63,390 bases of DNA, filler included, from Octopus bimaculoides (GCF_001194135.2; 4 parts of 4 records of this genome joined end to end with filler, not necessarily neighbours in it); one strand, 5' to 3'; shown: positions 25,665 to 38,000, counted from the whole stretch's first letter. Numbers and translations are program-made. Notes: generated by a model from the sequence alone, not told the origin.

Positions 25665-26045
25665 TTCAAATTCCGCCTGCAGAACATTACAAAACACAAG
25701 CGAAAAGGGTTTGTCATGCCTTTGTCATGCGATATCTGAGAACTATCATGAACATCAAATTGCGGCAGTACAACTCAAATTCTGAAGTCCTCCTGAAGTT
25801 TAACATTCAATCCATGTGCCATCAGTGAAATTTTTAAAGAATAGACCACAATGCCAGACTTGACAATGATAAACTCCCAGAGAAAATCCTATTTTCACAA
25901 CTAATAGACAGCTATCGAAACATTGGTGGATCCAAATTGGGACTCAAGGAGACTGCCAAGCAGAACCTTAAAGATTTATTTATCTCCAGTAACAAGTGAT
26001 ACCAGTTAACTATTGATCGCCCAATCTGGAGACATCTGATCCATG
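25665..26045 (+). mobile_element. RTE-clade LINE fragment (post-RT region), decayed
   Basis: HAFVMRYLRTIMNIK...NSEVLLK and DHNARLDNDKLPEKILFSQL...GGSKLGLKETAKQNLK match RTE H.RCLR.I..I.W and GH..RM...RLPK.ILY..L...R..G.P..R.KD. Confidence 0.7.
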
Positions 26046-26482
26046 AAATCAGTCATAGTGATAAGAGACAGACCGGACAGGTGTGTGTATGGGTGGATGG
26101 ATGGGTGGATTGCTCTTCCAAAACTCGTTTTTTATTTGTCACTGCAGTTTGGTGTCGTAAGCATCCGTTTTCCAACGCTCTGGATTTTTATGGAAGACAA
26201 GAAGCAATTTGTTAATTCTTCATATTTTAAAATAACTTCCATGTTTGCTTTACAACTCAAATCATAAAATTCACTTTTAGCAACAAATTCTTGCAACAGA
26301 ATCAGAAATAGTTTTCCAAGTGAGATGAAATCTATCAGAAAAATCACCGAGTACCCTCTATTTATGTCGAGTCTATTTTTCAAAATGACTAATAATTTTT
26401 AATATATACTTTTGCGTCCAATTCTGTCGCGATTATATAAAAAGAGAAAGCGAGAGAGGGAAAGAGACAGAGTGAGAGTAAA

Positions 26483-26600
<118 letters not shown>

Positions 26601-26779
26601 GCTTTTAAAAGGAGGAACTATAAAATAACATTGAGAAATGAATGAATACTCTGTGATATCTATTCACGGTCAATAACAGAAGGTAAAGCAAATTGGAAAA
26701 AATAGGCACTACTTATCTGCTTTCGATCTGTTTTATAATCAACAGCAGATTTTGACGCACGAAGCTATTGTCAGGGTGC

Positions 26780-27880
26780 GGATAATAGAAGAACCCTGAA
26801 ACGTAAAAATATTCAGGATGATTTTTTTAAAATCTGTTATGAAACTAGTTCTCAAAGAAGTGTCTGAGACTCTGACGTGTTAATTTTGAATCAAATAAAA
26901 AACATATCGGAAATTGAAAATCTCTCACTTGTTCCGTGCTATGTTTGTGACAACGTTACCTATAAAGAATTTATTGGATATCAACTAGCTTCGGAACTTC
27001 ACGCTGAATCGCTACGGTAGTACATGTTATCGGTGATAAAATCGATTGATACTTACATCCAGTTACATGTCGCACAACGTTGTGAGTGGGTTTCGTTCAG
27101 TAGTAGAAAAGTCACTGCCATTTAAGCAGCAGTCATGTCCACTGTCATGCTCTCCGACTCTACATGGTAGTGTTTGACTGCATATAAAATGTAAAGGCTT
27201 CAGAGGAAATTTTGCCATACTACGACAACCCTTCCAGTTGAGGGCTCAGTTCACAGTGAATTATTATTTTAAACAGTTACAGGTAGAAAAAGATGAAGAT
27301 CCAACGAAAATGAAAAGCTTGCCCAATATGCACTCTTTCAATCAGCGTACATTTATTTTGTGTACTCTATTGCTTTTCAGTGAGGATACAAGAGAGAGAA
27401 ATTGGCGAGCAAGTAATTATTATGAATTTTGTCTGCAAATGTTTGTGTTCTGATATCTCTCTTAATAAGTTTGGTTACGAATCAACATTCTGGAAAATTC
27501 TGGCAATGCTCGCTGGACATAAATGCAGCAAACGATTTTGATATTCAGTTGCACTTGGGATTTAATCTGGAGTGAAACAAGCTGATCGACAGGAGTATGT
27601 GGCATTCAATCAAACATCTTAAAGATAACCATTTGGTTTAGTAGCAGCCAAAACGGCGATGAAAACTGCGAAAATGTTTGGTGGACTTGCAGGTCATTGA
27701 GATTCTCAAAAGCCGGCAGACAAGTAATGGAGATAGTATCACTGGAGATTGTATCCATATTGAAGTAACTTTCCAAACACATTGTTGTACTACTTTCTAT
27801 AAGAAGTGCGAGCTGTGTGCATTGTTTTTCCAGGATGTTGATACATTCAAGATTTATCTATGTAATTTTATTGCGGAATA
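26780..27880 (+). pseudogene. hAT-superfamily (ZMYM1-like) transposase remnant
   Basis: Decayed translation ...EIENLSLVPCYVCDNVTYKEFIGYQLASELHAESL... (26900-27020), HVHCHALRLYMVVFDCI (27134-; hAT C-x2-H motif) and TNQHSGKFWQCSLDINAA. Many stops and frameshifts; no TIRs identified. Confidence 0.65.
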
Positions 27881-28339
27881 ACAGATTGGACAATGAAGGC
27901 ACGATTGTCATAAAAAAAAACAGACAGAATAATTTTCTGTTATATGGTCTGTGTTACTATAACACATAAAAGATGTTGGCATTTTCGTGTCTAATGTAAT
28001 TTAGTAATTTTTAATTTATTGTAACATGGTAATTACAATAAGCAATAACTAAATTTCATTTATTATATAAAACTCATATTATTACTTACGTAAAATCCTT
28101 GCAGTTTTCTCGCCAAACCTTTCTCAACCCGTTTAAATCTCAGGTACAAGAGCTGTGAATATCTCAACTTTTTCCCTGCTCGAGACTACAATAGTGGAAC
28201 GTATCCTTCTTCAAAAGGGTTATGTAATTATTTCTATAAGATCGATTGACCACATTTTTAAACGTATTATGTGTATATATTTATTAATGTGTTTTTAGGT
28301 AAACATATTAGGTGTGTATGTGTGTGTGTCTGTGTGTCT

Positions 28340-29130
28340 GTGTGCGAGCGCGTTGAAGTCGGGTGGCAGTGGTGAAATGTGGTAACAAAATCACTATTCG
28401 GTCTTTGATATATCAGAATGGACAAATGCTACTCAATTACAAACATGTATGCAGCTTTTCAGCTGTTCCTTGTGAGCGGTGGAACAAAGACCTGACTAAT
28501 GGTTTTAGTCCCTTGACATTCAGTGTATGATGCGGAACGTGAAAAAGCGAGGAGCCACAATTGAAATATGGTATGTGATAACTAATTGTGCAGGGCGTAT
28601 ATCAAAAGCCTATGAGCTTTACTCATACATTCCAGACTTGCTCACCGAGTTCCTGACAGATATACGTTGCAACTAAAAGTAGTATGAGTGTATCCCCAGG
28701 TGTCCAAGCCCGAGAGTGCAGAACTGCTGTGGAAGGCGCAAGGATGATATAATCGGCAATTTTCGACTCATAACTCTCCCAAATGCCAAATTTAGGATTT
28801 TGCTCAGGATGCAAGCAAAAATGTTGGCACTTATCGGAAAGCGGTCGAGAAAACGAAAGACGTGTGCATATCCAAACCGTTTTATATGCGATGATCTCCA
28901 GATTAGTTAGCAAACCTCACTTGACCGGGGATATGATCAATCGAAAGTTTTCGATCTGAGCGACAGTCGATATTCGGCTGCTGTCTTAACGGCAGTTAGA
29001 TTCGTTCCGTCGAGCCACTACTTCTGGCAGATGGTGATTTTAGAGAAACCTAGCTCGCAGCTGAAAATGAAAAGATTCCGAAAAACAGGGTGGGTTGGGA
29101 AGGATAGGAAATTCTGATTCAGGGTATCCT
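28340..29130 (+). mobile_element. Tx1/L1-clade LINE ORF2 fragment (linker + RT N-terminal domains), decayed
   Basis: KITIRSLIYQNG, PYELYSYIPDL, IGNFRLITLPNAKFRIL...TCAYPNRFICDDLQ and DQSKVFD..SRYSAAVL parallel the copy at 43863-46279. Confidence 0.75.
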
Positions 29131-29519
29131 TAGACATTTGATAGCATCACGATCTAGTAGCAATTTCATGAGGGTAGCAACTGTAGGAGGTAGTGCCGAT
29201 TGGAAACAACAATTACCTCAAGGCCTTCTACCCCTAACAGCAACAGAAATGACAGTTGAAATAAGTCTCTATTACCGCCAGCACAACAGCTTCATTAGCA
29301 ACTACAACAGAAACAGCAACAGCAATTGAAACAAAATCATGTGACCACAGCAAGAGTGATTACTGTGCAAGCAACATCACTGGAAGTAGCGCCTACAACA
29401 ATATCGACAACATTAACAGTGGAAGCAACAGTTACAATAACAAAATATATTCACATTCAAGACCCATCATGTCGCAGACATCAACAACAATAAAATATGA
29501 ACAAAAGTACAAAATCATC

Positions 29520-30425
29520 AATATCTGGCAGCTGTCCTTCAAACGGCCGGTTTTAGTCCCTGTTTCATTGACTGGATCGCGTCATTGTACAGCGACATTT
29601 GCGCCGTAGGAAGAGTAAACAGCTATCTATTGAAACCAGGTTTTGCTTTGGTTTAAATCTCTAAATGGAAATCTGGGATATGATGTTGTGCAGGGTAGCC
29701 AATCTCAGCCAGGAATGGGCCGAGGCAAAGCTATCCCTGAAAATTCGGGATGAGGTAGTGAATGCATGCATCGCCTCCGTTATATACTACTGCCTGATCG
29801 CTTTATTCTAATTCGTGTGTCACTGAACTAAAGCGTCTTCCTTTCTGTTTTCTGAAAAGCAAATGCATTTCACTGGTAGGCGATCCATTTGCTGGCAACA
29901 AACGGAGGGCTTAGTTTGCCGTAGTTGATTATGGGCAGACATGCATCGAGGATGTGACGTCTCCAGCATTTCCTTGACTGCGAGCAGGAGTGGCCTCCGT
30001 TATCAGATTTGGATTTCCACAGCTCATCTTTTTGACAAAGCTATAATCCTGAATCAAGCGTAGACCGAGGCAGGGTGTCTGATATTTAAGGTATTGTTGG
30101 GTGCTCACAGCCTCCTGTCATTCGAGCAATACGGTCGGTGGAAGTTGCCTTTCGGCGTTTTGCAAAGAGATTAGTAGCCGGCAAAAGTGACGCTACGCTT
30201 TGGGAAAGCTGAACGTCGAAGAGGATGAAAAGGATGGCCTGTTCTAGAGGAACTTCACGTCGGGACCCAAGGAGGATTTTCAGAAATGTCTGCCGTAGCT
30301 GTGCTACCTGACTGGGGGTATTACCAGGTCGAGATAAACTCTACAGGCATGAAAGTGCCATTAATTGGGCCTGCCCGAGATGCGCACATATGTCCAGTGC
30401 CTGAAAATTGCTAACTTGTGACGTC
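29520..30425 (+). mobile_element. Second Tx1/L1-clade ORF2 fragment, internally deleted (lacks YADD region)
   Basis: YLAAVLQTAGFSPCFIDWIASLYSDI jumps to RVANLSQEWAEAKLSLK...VNACIASVIYY, then RSICWQ..NGGLSLP, PGRDKLYRH and CPRCA. Homologous to 44111-45629 on the minus strand. Confidence 0.75.
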
Positions 30426-30962
30426 AAACACCTACTGTTGTGAAATTATTTGTCTGAATTTTGTTGTCTTTGTTTTTGTTAATTTTTGTTGACTTATCGT
30501 TTACAAGGCTTCATGTCTATTGTATTCTATCATCTAGTACTGTATTCACTCTTTTTATATCCCTTTGCGTAAATATTGTCTTTTTATTGTTTTTTGTTTT
30601 GTAAAGTTTTGAAAAAATCAGAATCCTTATCATAAAATCAAAAATAATAATTTTTTTACACTACATAATAACCATTTACCTTTTTTAAAAATTTAAATCT
30701 GTCAAAGCAATTTACATGTCTTCTTTATTGCTCTGGTAAGCAAAAAGAACAAAAGAAAAAATTTAAACACATACTTAACATAAACTATAAAAGGCAGAAA
30801 TAAAAGAAGACTAGGATTAAGAAAAGAAAAGAAATTAAAATAATGCTTTCTACTAAAGGCACAAGGCATGAAATTTTGCGGGAGGGGACTAGCCGATTAC
30901 ATCGACACCAGTGTTTCAATGATACTTAATTTATCTACCCCGAAAGGATGAAAGGCAAAGTC

Positions 30963-31258
30963 TTTCGCAAGACTCCGCATCCGACCCCGAGAGACACGGC
31001 AGACCGGCAAGAAAGTCCTCGAGGGCTCTCCCACCATCAGGACCGCCGTCACCCCCGAACAGTTGGGCGAAGTACTTCCGAAAGGCCTCACCCATTTTCT
31101 CGGGTTCGTTTATCAAGACGCCGTTATGATTCGTCAAAGATCGTATAGTGAAACTATTTCCTTGCCGAGCTTCCACCATTCGGGCCCATCCAGCGGCCTT
31201 GATTCCTTCACTTCCCATCGCACGTAACTTAGCTCTGGCAATACTTCCCATGAGCTTC
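30963..31258 (-). mobile_element. Tx1/L1-clade ORF2 linker fragment, ends at a gap
   Basis: ORF 30931..31251 EGIKAAGWARMVEARQGNSFTIRSL...KMGEAFRKYFAQLFG aligns by eye with 45943-46279 (EGIKAVRWARVAEAQRGSEITIRSL...QMCEAF). Confidence 0.75.
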
Positions 31259-31687
31259 NNNNNNNNNNNNNNNNNNNNNNNNNNNNNNNNNNNNNNNNNN
31301 NNNNNNNNNNNNNNNNNNNNNNNNNNNNNNNNNNNNNNNNNNNNNNNNNNNNNNNNNNNNNNNNNNNNNNNNNNNNNNNNNNNNNNNNNNNNNNNNNNNN
31401 NNNNNNNNNNNNNNNNNNNNNNNNNNNNNNNNNNNNNNNNNNNNNNNNNNNNNNNNNNNNNNNNNNNNNNNNNNNNNNNNNNNNNNNNNNNNNNNNNNNN
31501 NNNNNNNNNNNNNNNNNNNNNNNNNNNNNNNNNNNNNNNNNNNNNNNNNNNNNNNNNNNNNNNNNNNNNNNNNNNNNNNNNNNNNNNNNNNNNNNNNNNN
31601 NNNCGGCGCTCTAATAATCATGCCAGCTCATTGAAATTTAAACAGGCGCAAACATCCATTAAAAAAACACAACACATATATCATACT

Positions 31688-31767
<80 letters not shown>

Positions 31768-31865
31768 TGTATGTATGTACGTACGTATGTATAATACACA
31801 CACGTAAGTGTGTATATACATTTATCTACGTATATGTAAAAAATATATACATGCATATATATGCT

Positions 31866-32003
31866 ACGGTCTCATTGAAACTTATCTCCGTAAACATGAT
31901 AAGCAATATTAAAGATAACCACCTGATGCTGACATGCAGTTGTTTTCATGGTCGGATTGAGGCCGTCATTGAGACTGAGAATAGATTAAACTCGTTTGCA
32001 TAA
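31866..32003 (+). mobile_element. C-terminal fragment of a Tc1/mariner (maT-like) transposase
   Basis: SNIKDNHLMLTCSCFHGRIEAVIETE...* resembles the C terminus of the 35577 element (KSCRKFQCHLEAVIEANCDFIE*). Confidence 0.5.
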
Positions 32004-32049
32004 AAGGGCCGAATTGAAACATAAACTAGACCTCGCGGGCCAGATAAAG

Positions 32050-32268
32050 ACAATTCTTTTCTACTCAAGGCACAAGGCCCGAAATTTGGGGGGAGGGAGC
32101 AAGTCGATTAGATCAACCCCAGTACGCAACTGGTACTTAATTTATCGACCCTGAAAGGGTGAAAGGTAAAGTTGACCTCGATGGAATTTGAATTCAGAAC
32201 GTAAAGACAGGCGAAATACCGCTAAGCATTTCGCCTAACGTGCTATCGTTTCTGCCAGCTCGCTTCCT
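32050..32268 (-). mobile_element. tRNA-derived SINE family B, full length
   Basis: Minus strand gagctggcagaaacgatagc (A box)...gttctgaattcaaattcc (B box)...gggtcgataaattaagtaccag...gggccttgtgcc...agaattg. Confidence 0.9.
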
Positions 32269-33073
32269 CGAGTTTCTATACACTAATGTAAATAGATATT
32301 TGCACTGAATAAAAAAACAAAATGATGTGTTAACTAATTTTGCTTGCCGAGATGTGTGGATAAAACGCCTCCACTTGAGATATATGAATAGTATCAAAAC
32401 GTTTCCCTACTTGTTCCGTGCCACCAAATGGCAACGCACGGTTGCGCGCACAGTGTGAGTTTCCGTCTTCCAGTGACGTTCTTCCGCTTTTGAAGCGCCT
32501 GTGCCACTCGAAACACTTCGTTGGATGTTGTATAATATTTTTAATATTTTTTAATATCTTTTAATATTTTTAACATTTTTTCTCTTTTCATTCTTCATTT
32601 TGTCACTTCTCACAGTTTTCTCATCATTGTTCTATTCTACTATCTTTCACTCTTCGCCTTTGGTTTCCCCATCGATAAACCGCTACATCCCTCCCCCAGG
32701 TATCACCTCCTCCTTCTACCTGTTCCTTTTTTCCTCCTAGCTCAACTTTACTCCTCTTCGTATACTACCCCCTCTCACTCTCCTACAACGGCGTTCCCCT
32801 GACACATCTCTCTGCACTAGACCGCGACTATGTTGTCTGAGATATACCAATATCTTTTAAATAGCATGATGTCTTCACTTAACTATGTATAATCACAAAA
32901 TTATGATTCATTATTTCTTGAAATAATCTCTATATTTCTTTTGAGTATTCTAACAATTGGAGTTAGATGGAGCCAGTTATGTATTTGTATTCTTTCTCCA
33001 AAAAGTTTGGAATACTCAAGAATTTTCTACGTAGCGCATTTCAGTACATCACCATTCGTGTGTATGTGTGTGT

Positions 33074-33171
<98 letters not shown>

Positions 33172-33739
33172 TGTAATGATGTTTAGTCTGCAAACTAGCG
33201 AAGGAGGATGAATTGTCAGAATCGTTACTTGCAAAATATCTTGTCGTTATTTATCTTAGCCCTTATATTGATCTCAAATCTGCCAAAGTTAGCCTTACTT
33301 TCCTTCCTTCCAGGGTCGTTAAAATGAATAAGTGCTAATGCTGTTTTAGTGATTACCAGACTCCACGAATTTGTAGCCTTGTACTATTACAAACATTTAT
33401 GTACCACAGAGATTATATCTGTTACCAATCACTTGTTTCAATGACTAGACTGCGGCAATGCTGGGGCACAGCCTTCAATAATGTTTTTGTCGAATGAAAT
33501 CGACCCCAATACTTTTTTAAAACCTGGTACTTGTTCTATCGTTTTTTTATAACGAACCACTAAGTTACGGGGACGTAAACAAACCAACAACCAGTTGTTA
33601 AGCTGGGGTGGGGACTGGTGTACAGCAAATAAACTTTTTCTGAGCATAGTTAAAACTAAGTAAACTCTATTCTGTTCATCAGCTAATGACTATGACCTAC
33701 CTTCACAGTCTCCAAAACATCACTTTGGTTCAAAAGAAG

Positions 33740-34270
33740 GTTCAGATATAGAAAATTTCTGTGAATCCTTATTCATGAAAATTTGAATTGGAAATTGCAC
33801 ATTCAAGCAATAGAATCCACACTATCGACACAAAATCGAATAATCTGTAAATAACGTAAGATTTGGGGCAACAAAGTGACGAAAATGTTATATTTTTCAT
33901 TTGTTAATCCATATTTAATATACAATAACCTAGCTTGGGGTACTGTCAAGAAATCAAAGTTAAGTAAACTTCATACTTTACAAAATCGTGCAGTCAGGGT
34001 TATATCAGAGGTTCCAAGAGGATCTCACTCTCGACCTTCAATGCTTGATAATAAAATGCTAAACATTTATGAAATAAATTTGGCTGCTCACTTGTTTATC
34101 ACATCTCTACACCAAAATATGCTCAGGAAAAATTTATAAAGGATATTCACAAATATCCCACGAAGTATTCTAAGGTAATATTCAGACGTAATAGTTATGC
34201 CATCACAGAGTTTGATAAATTCAGCTACCCCTATCATTGAACAATTTTCTGGAATCATTTTGTATGCAAA
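33740..34270 (+). mobile_element. CR1/L2-type LINE fragment (C-terminal to RT)
   Basis: ILIHENLNWKLHIQ...KMLYFSFVNPYLIYNNLAWG...LHTLQNRAVRVI...HSRP...LNIYEIN: typical CR1-group D.NL.WK.HI / LY.S...PYL.Y....W / LQ.RA.R.I motifs. Confidence 0.75.
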
Positions 34271-34567
34271 GATGCAACTCTCCCAGGCCCAAAATATATT
34301 TTTTTAATGTTAAAGAGTTACCGTTCAGTAATCAACAAATCTCTATTTTTGGTAAAACCCTACCAGTTTTAGTAATGTTAAAGACATATTTTAAAGTCTG
34401 AAATTTTTTTTTTTTTAATGGCTTTGCATAAAATGCTCCTCTTCGAGGTCATCATGAAATAGATGATAGTTTTTTTTTACTATAATCCTTCCCGATGGTC
34501 ACACTAGTTAATTATGGAGATTAAGATTGTTTGGTATTGGATATTCATCGCGTACACCATTCCTAGT

Positions 34568-35053
34568 CAATTTAATCACCGTGGCTGGCAGACAGTCGAA
34601 ATAAATAAATAGACAAAATCCTTTCCCTTTTATAAACAGATTAAAAATGTATGGACGACCCTACGACCAAAAAACTATTCCGTTTAGGTCCATTTACATG
34701 GGAGCTCTGGGCAAAATGTTTAGTGCATGACCAACCTTGGGATATAAGTAATGTATGTGTAAAGTTTGGTGAAAATCGGTTGAGAATTGTGGAAATGTAT
34801 GCGTTCAGTGTTTCTACTCAATTTAATCACCGTTGCTGGTGGACAGTGGAAATAAATAGTCAAAATCCTTTCACTTTTATAAAAAGATTTTAAAAGCACG
34901 GAAGACCCTACATACACAAATTATGTTCATTTTTGTCTATTTACGCGGGCGCTCTGGGGAAAATGTTATAGTGCATGACCATCCTTGGGACATAAGTAAT
35001 GTGTGTATAAAGTTTGGTGAAAATTGGTTGAGAATTGTGGAAATGTATGCGAT
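34568..35053. repeat. ~250-bp tandem repeat (2 units, cut by gap), Helentron/HINE-like core
   Basis: caatttaatcaccgt at 34568 and 34819; aagtttggtgaaaat(c/t)ggttgagaattgtggaaatgtatgcg at 34762 and 35010. The HINE assignment is inference from the AAGTTTGGTGAAAATCGG motif. Confidence 0.8.
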
Positions 35054-35305
35054 NNNNNNNNNNNNNNNNNNNNNNNNNNNNNNNNNNNNNNNNNNNNNNN
35101 NNNNNNNNNNNNNNNNNNNNNNNNNNNNNNNNNNNNNNNNNNNNNNNNNNNNNNNNNNNNNNNNNNNNNTTTACCAAATCGACTCAAAAGTGTTTGGGCG
35201 GTCCCAGGCTATAGCAGAAGACACCTGCCCAGAATGCCACGCAATGGGACTGAACCTGGAACCATGTAGCTAGAAGGCAACTTTCTTTCCACATAGACAC
35301 GCCTG

Positions 35306-35343
<38 letters not shown>

Positions 35344-35576
35344 TACAGACACATGTACATATAAGGATATACATCATAGAATGGACTAAGCGGAGCACAA
35401 ACGAGGACGGAAAGTGTCACTGAAGAGATCACAAATGTGTGACGAAAGATTTCCGGACAATGAACATGAGTAAGAATAAGAACAGTAATAAACGAATGAA
35501 GAAAGAATATATAGTGCAGGTGTTTATTTGGCAAAGAAATAATAATAATAACCATCCCGAAATACAACAATATATA

Positions 35577-36508
35577 CAGGGTGCAATGGGTAAATTGTCG
35601 CCGATTTACATTTTTTATTTCGCGCATGCACATGGTTTGTTTTTGATTTTATCGACTACACTGTATAGTAGGGTCAGTTGTGCAACGTCTGTGAGAAAAA
35701 CAGCAACATGACGCAATTCACTCAGCCTGAAATTTGGAAACGACATGCTGTAGCGCTTGGCATTTGCACCGGAGGCTCCAATACGAACAGTTCTGAATGT
35801 TTGGGGTGTCAATCTGAAGACAGCGCAATCTGAGAACATGTATCGAGAGTGATAAAAATCAAACATCCAGTCAACATCATGGAGTGTTCACTAGTGATAG
35901 TGACATTATGCCTCCATTCATCTTCCAACACGACCTCAGACTCAACACAAAGGCCAACATTAAGTGCCTGGAGGAGGTAGTGTTGCCTTGGGTTAAGGGG
36001 GTGGCTGCTGGAAGACCCTCATGGTGTTTAGAGTGATCACTAGTGATGACGATGTTGTGCCTCCATTCACTTTCCCACATAACCTCAGACTTAGCCTACA
36101 TCAAGTTTCTGGAAGGGGTAGTGCTGCGCTGGGGTAAGGGGGTGTGGCTGCTGGCAACAGGACTCTGCACCATGCCACACAAGCAGGAGAACCCAGTCAT
36201 GGCTGTCAGACAATTTCTGCGATCACATCACTCCTAACATCTGGCCACTTAACTTCCCAGACTGCAACCTCATTGATTATTATATGTGGGGTACAGTTAA
36301 GCGAGAGACCAACAAAACTCCTTGTAACACCAAAGATGAACTGAAGGCAAGGATTATAGCAGTATTCACCAACTTAAGCAAGGAGACCATCCAGAAGAGT
36401 TGCAGGAAATTCCAATGTCATCTGGAGGCTGTGATTGAAGCCAATTGCGATTTCATTGAATAAATTTACTCTTTAGTATTTCAAGATATTCTTATATAAT
36501 TTTGGTAA
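35577..36508 (+). mobile_element. maT (DD37D) Tc1/mariner DNA transposon, internally deleted
   Basis: TA|CAGGGTG left end and ATG at 35708. WQQDSAPCHTSRRTQSWLSDNF...WPLNFPDCNLIDYY has 37 residues between the second and third D; ends ...LEAVIEANCDFIE*. The right TIR would fall in the gap. Confidence 0.85.
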
Positions 36509-36764
36509 NNNNNNNNNNNNNNNNNNNNNNNNNNNNNNNNNNNNNNNNNNNNNNNNNNNNNNNNNNNNNNNNNNNNNNNNNNNNNNNNNNNNNNNNNNNN
36601 NNNNNNNNNNNNNNNNNNNNNNNNNNNNNNNNNNNNNNNNNNNNNNNNNNNNNNNNNNNNNNNNNNNNNCGTGTGTGTGTGTGTGTGCGTGCGTGTGCGT
36701 GCGTGTGCGTGCACGTGTGCGTGTGTGTGTGTGTGCGTGTGTATGTGTGCGTGTGTGTGTGCAT

Positions 36765-37735
36765 AGGAAATACTCTGAGCAATGGTCTTGATAATGAAAT
36801 TTAGTATAGAATCAGTAAAGTCAGGCTTGACTGGCGTCTCTGGTACTCCATAGTGTATCTATTCAACTTAATGTAAGGTTAGTAGCAGATGTGTTCTGAC
36901 ACCATTGCTCCATGGAAGTGAGACATGGGTTATTTATTGTAAGCATCTGAAGCATTTGGAACGATTCCATCAACATTGTCTTCAGAAAATTCTTGACATA
37001 AATTGGAGAATGGCGATCACTGATTTAGAGGAACTTGAGAGTTGTAATAAGAGCGTAGAATCGATCATATTGCAAAGTCGTTTGAGGTGGGGTGGACATC
37101 TGTTGAGAAAGAATGATACAAAACTTCCCAAGCAACTTTTGTATGGTGAGCTGGAAGATCACAAAACCCAGCACATAAACCCAAAACGAGGTTCAAGGAC
37201 AGCCTTAAAACTGTTTTGACAGAGATGGGAACTGCAGATGTCAATTGGGAGAGAGAAGCACAAGACCGAAATGAAAGGAAGAAAAGAGTGCACAGTGGTT
37301 GCTTGAAGTTTGAAAGAGAGAGAGAAGGAAGCACGAGAAGATCAGGAGTAAGCTTAAGAATGAACCAGTAGCAAATGAAGAAGTATTGATTTTTACGTGT
37401 GTGATTTGTAGGAGGAAATGCTTAAGTCATACAGGCCTGGTCAGCCATCAAAGAAGCCACAGGAATCGACCCCTTGTAAATTGTGATACAGCTATTGATG
37501 ACAACAGAACATGTGCAACGTATGGAAAAATGTACTTTTCAGTTGGAGGATTGAAAAGTCATGTCAACAGACTTCATACTGCGGCACCAGTTCCTTCTGC
37601 CAGCAAGCACAGCTGTGCATTAAGTAACAGAATGTGCAAATCTTTGGCTGGCCTCAAGAGTCATACAAAAGCCTCACACTGCATCTTCAATGACTCATTT
37701 CAATGATTCTTTCTAGCAAGGGCTTTGCTGTTATA
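36765..37735 (+). mobile_element. RTE-clade LINE 3' portion ending in three C2H2 zinc-finger motifs
   Basis: GNTLSNGLDNEI*YRISK, LLHGSETW...LERFHQHCLQKIL.INW...LRWGGHL.R....LPKQLLYGEL, KPKTRFKDSLK...WEREAQDR; then ORF 37386..37706 with Cx2Cx12Hx3H plus two fingers one base away from intact. Confidence 0.9.
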
Positions 37736-37950
37736 CAAGAAAGCAGTCACAATGTTTATACGTATGTATGTATGTATGCATGCATACATACATACATGCA
37801 CACATTTACTCCTGCGCGCACGCACACATACGTGCATATATGCAAACATGCATACACTCACACGCACTCACATACATACATACATACATACATACACTCA
37901 CACACTTTCATGTACATACATACACACACACACATACAAACGTCCGTGTT

Positions 37951-38000
37951 TGTGCATGCGTGTGCATGCGTGTGCATGCGTGTGCATGCGTGTGTGCATG
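37951..38000 (+). promoter_or_regulatory. (TGTGCATGCG)x4 minisatellite carrying five TGCATG (Rbfox) motifs
   Basis: TGCATG at 37953, 37963, 37973, 37983 and 37995 on the sense strand of the putative Rbfox intron. The repeat is certain; function is untested. Confidence 0.4.

Noticed and set aside
32400-32850. ttgaagcgcc...cgaaac and pyrimidine-rich tract as a Penelope terminal repeat
   Set aside because: The core is mutated, the stems do not pair and there is no second copy in the window to confirm.
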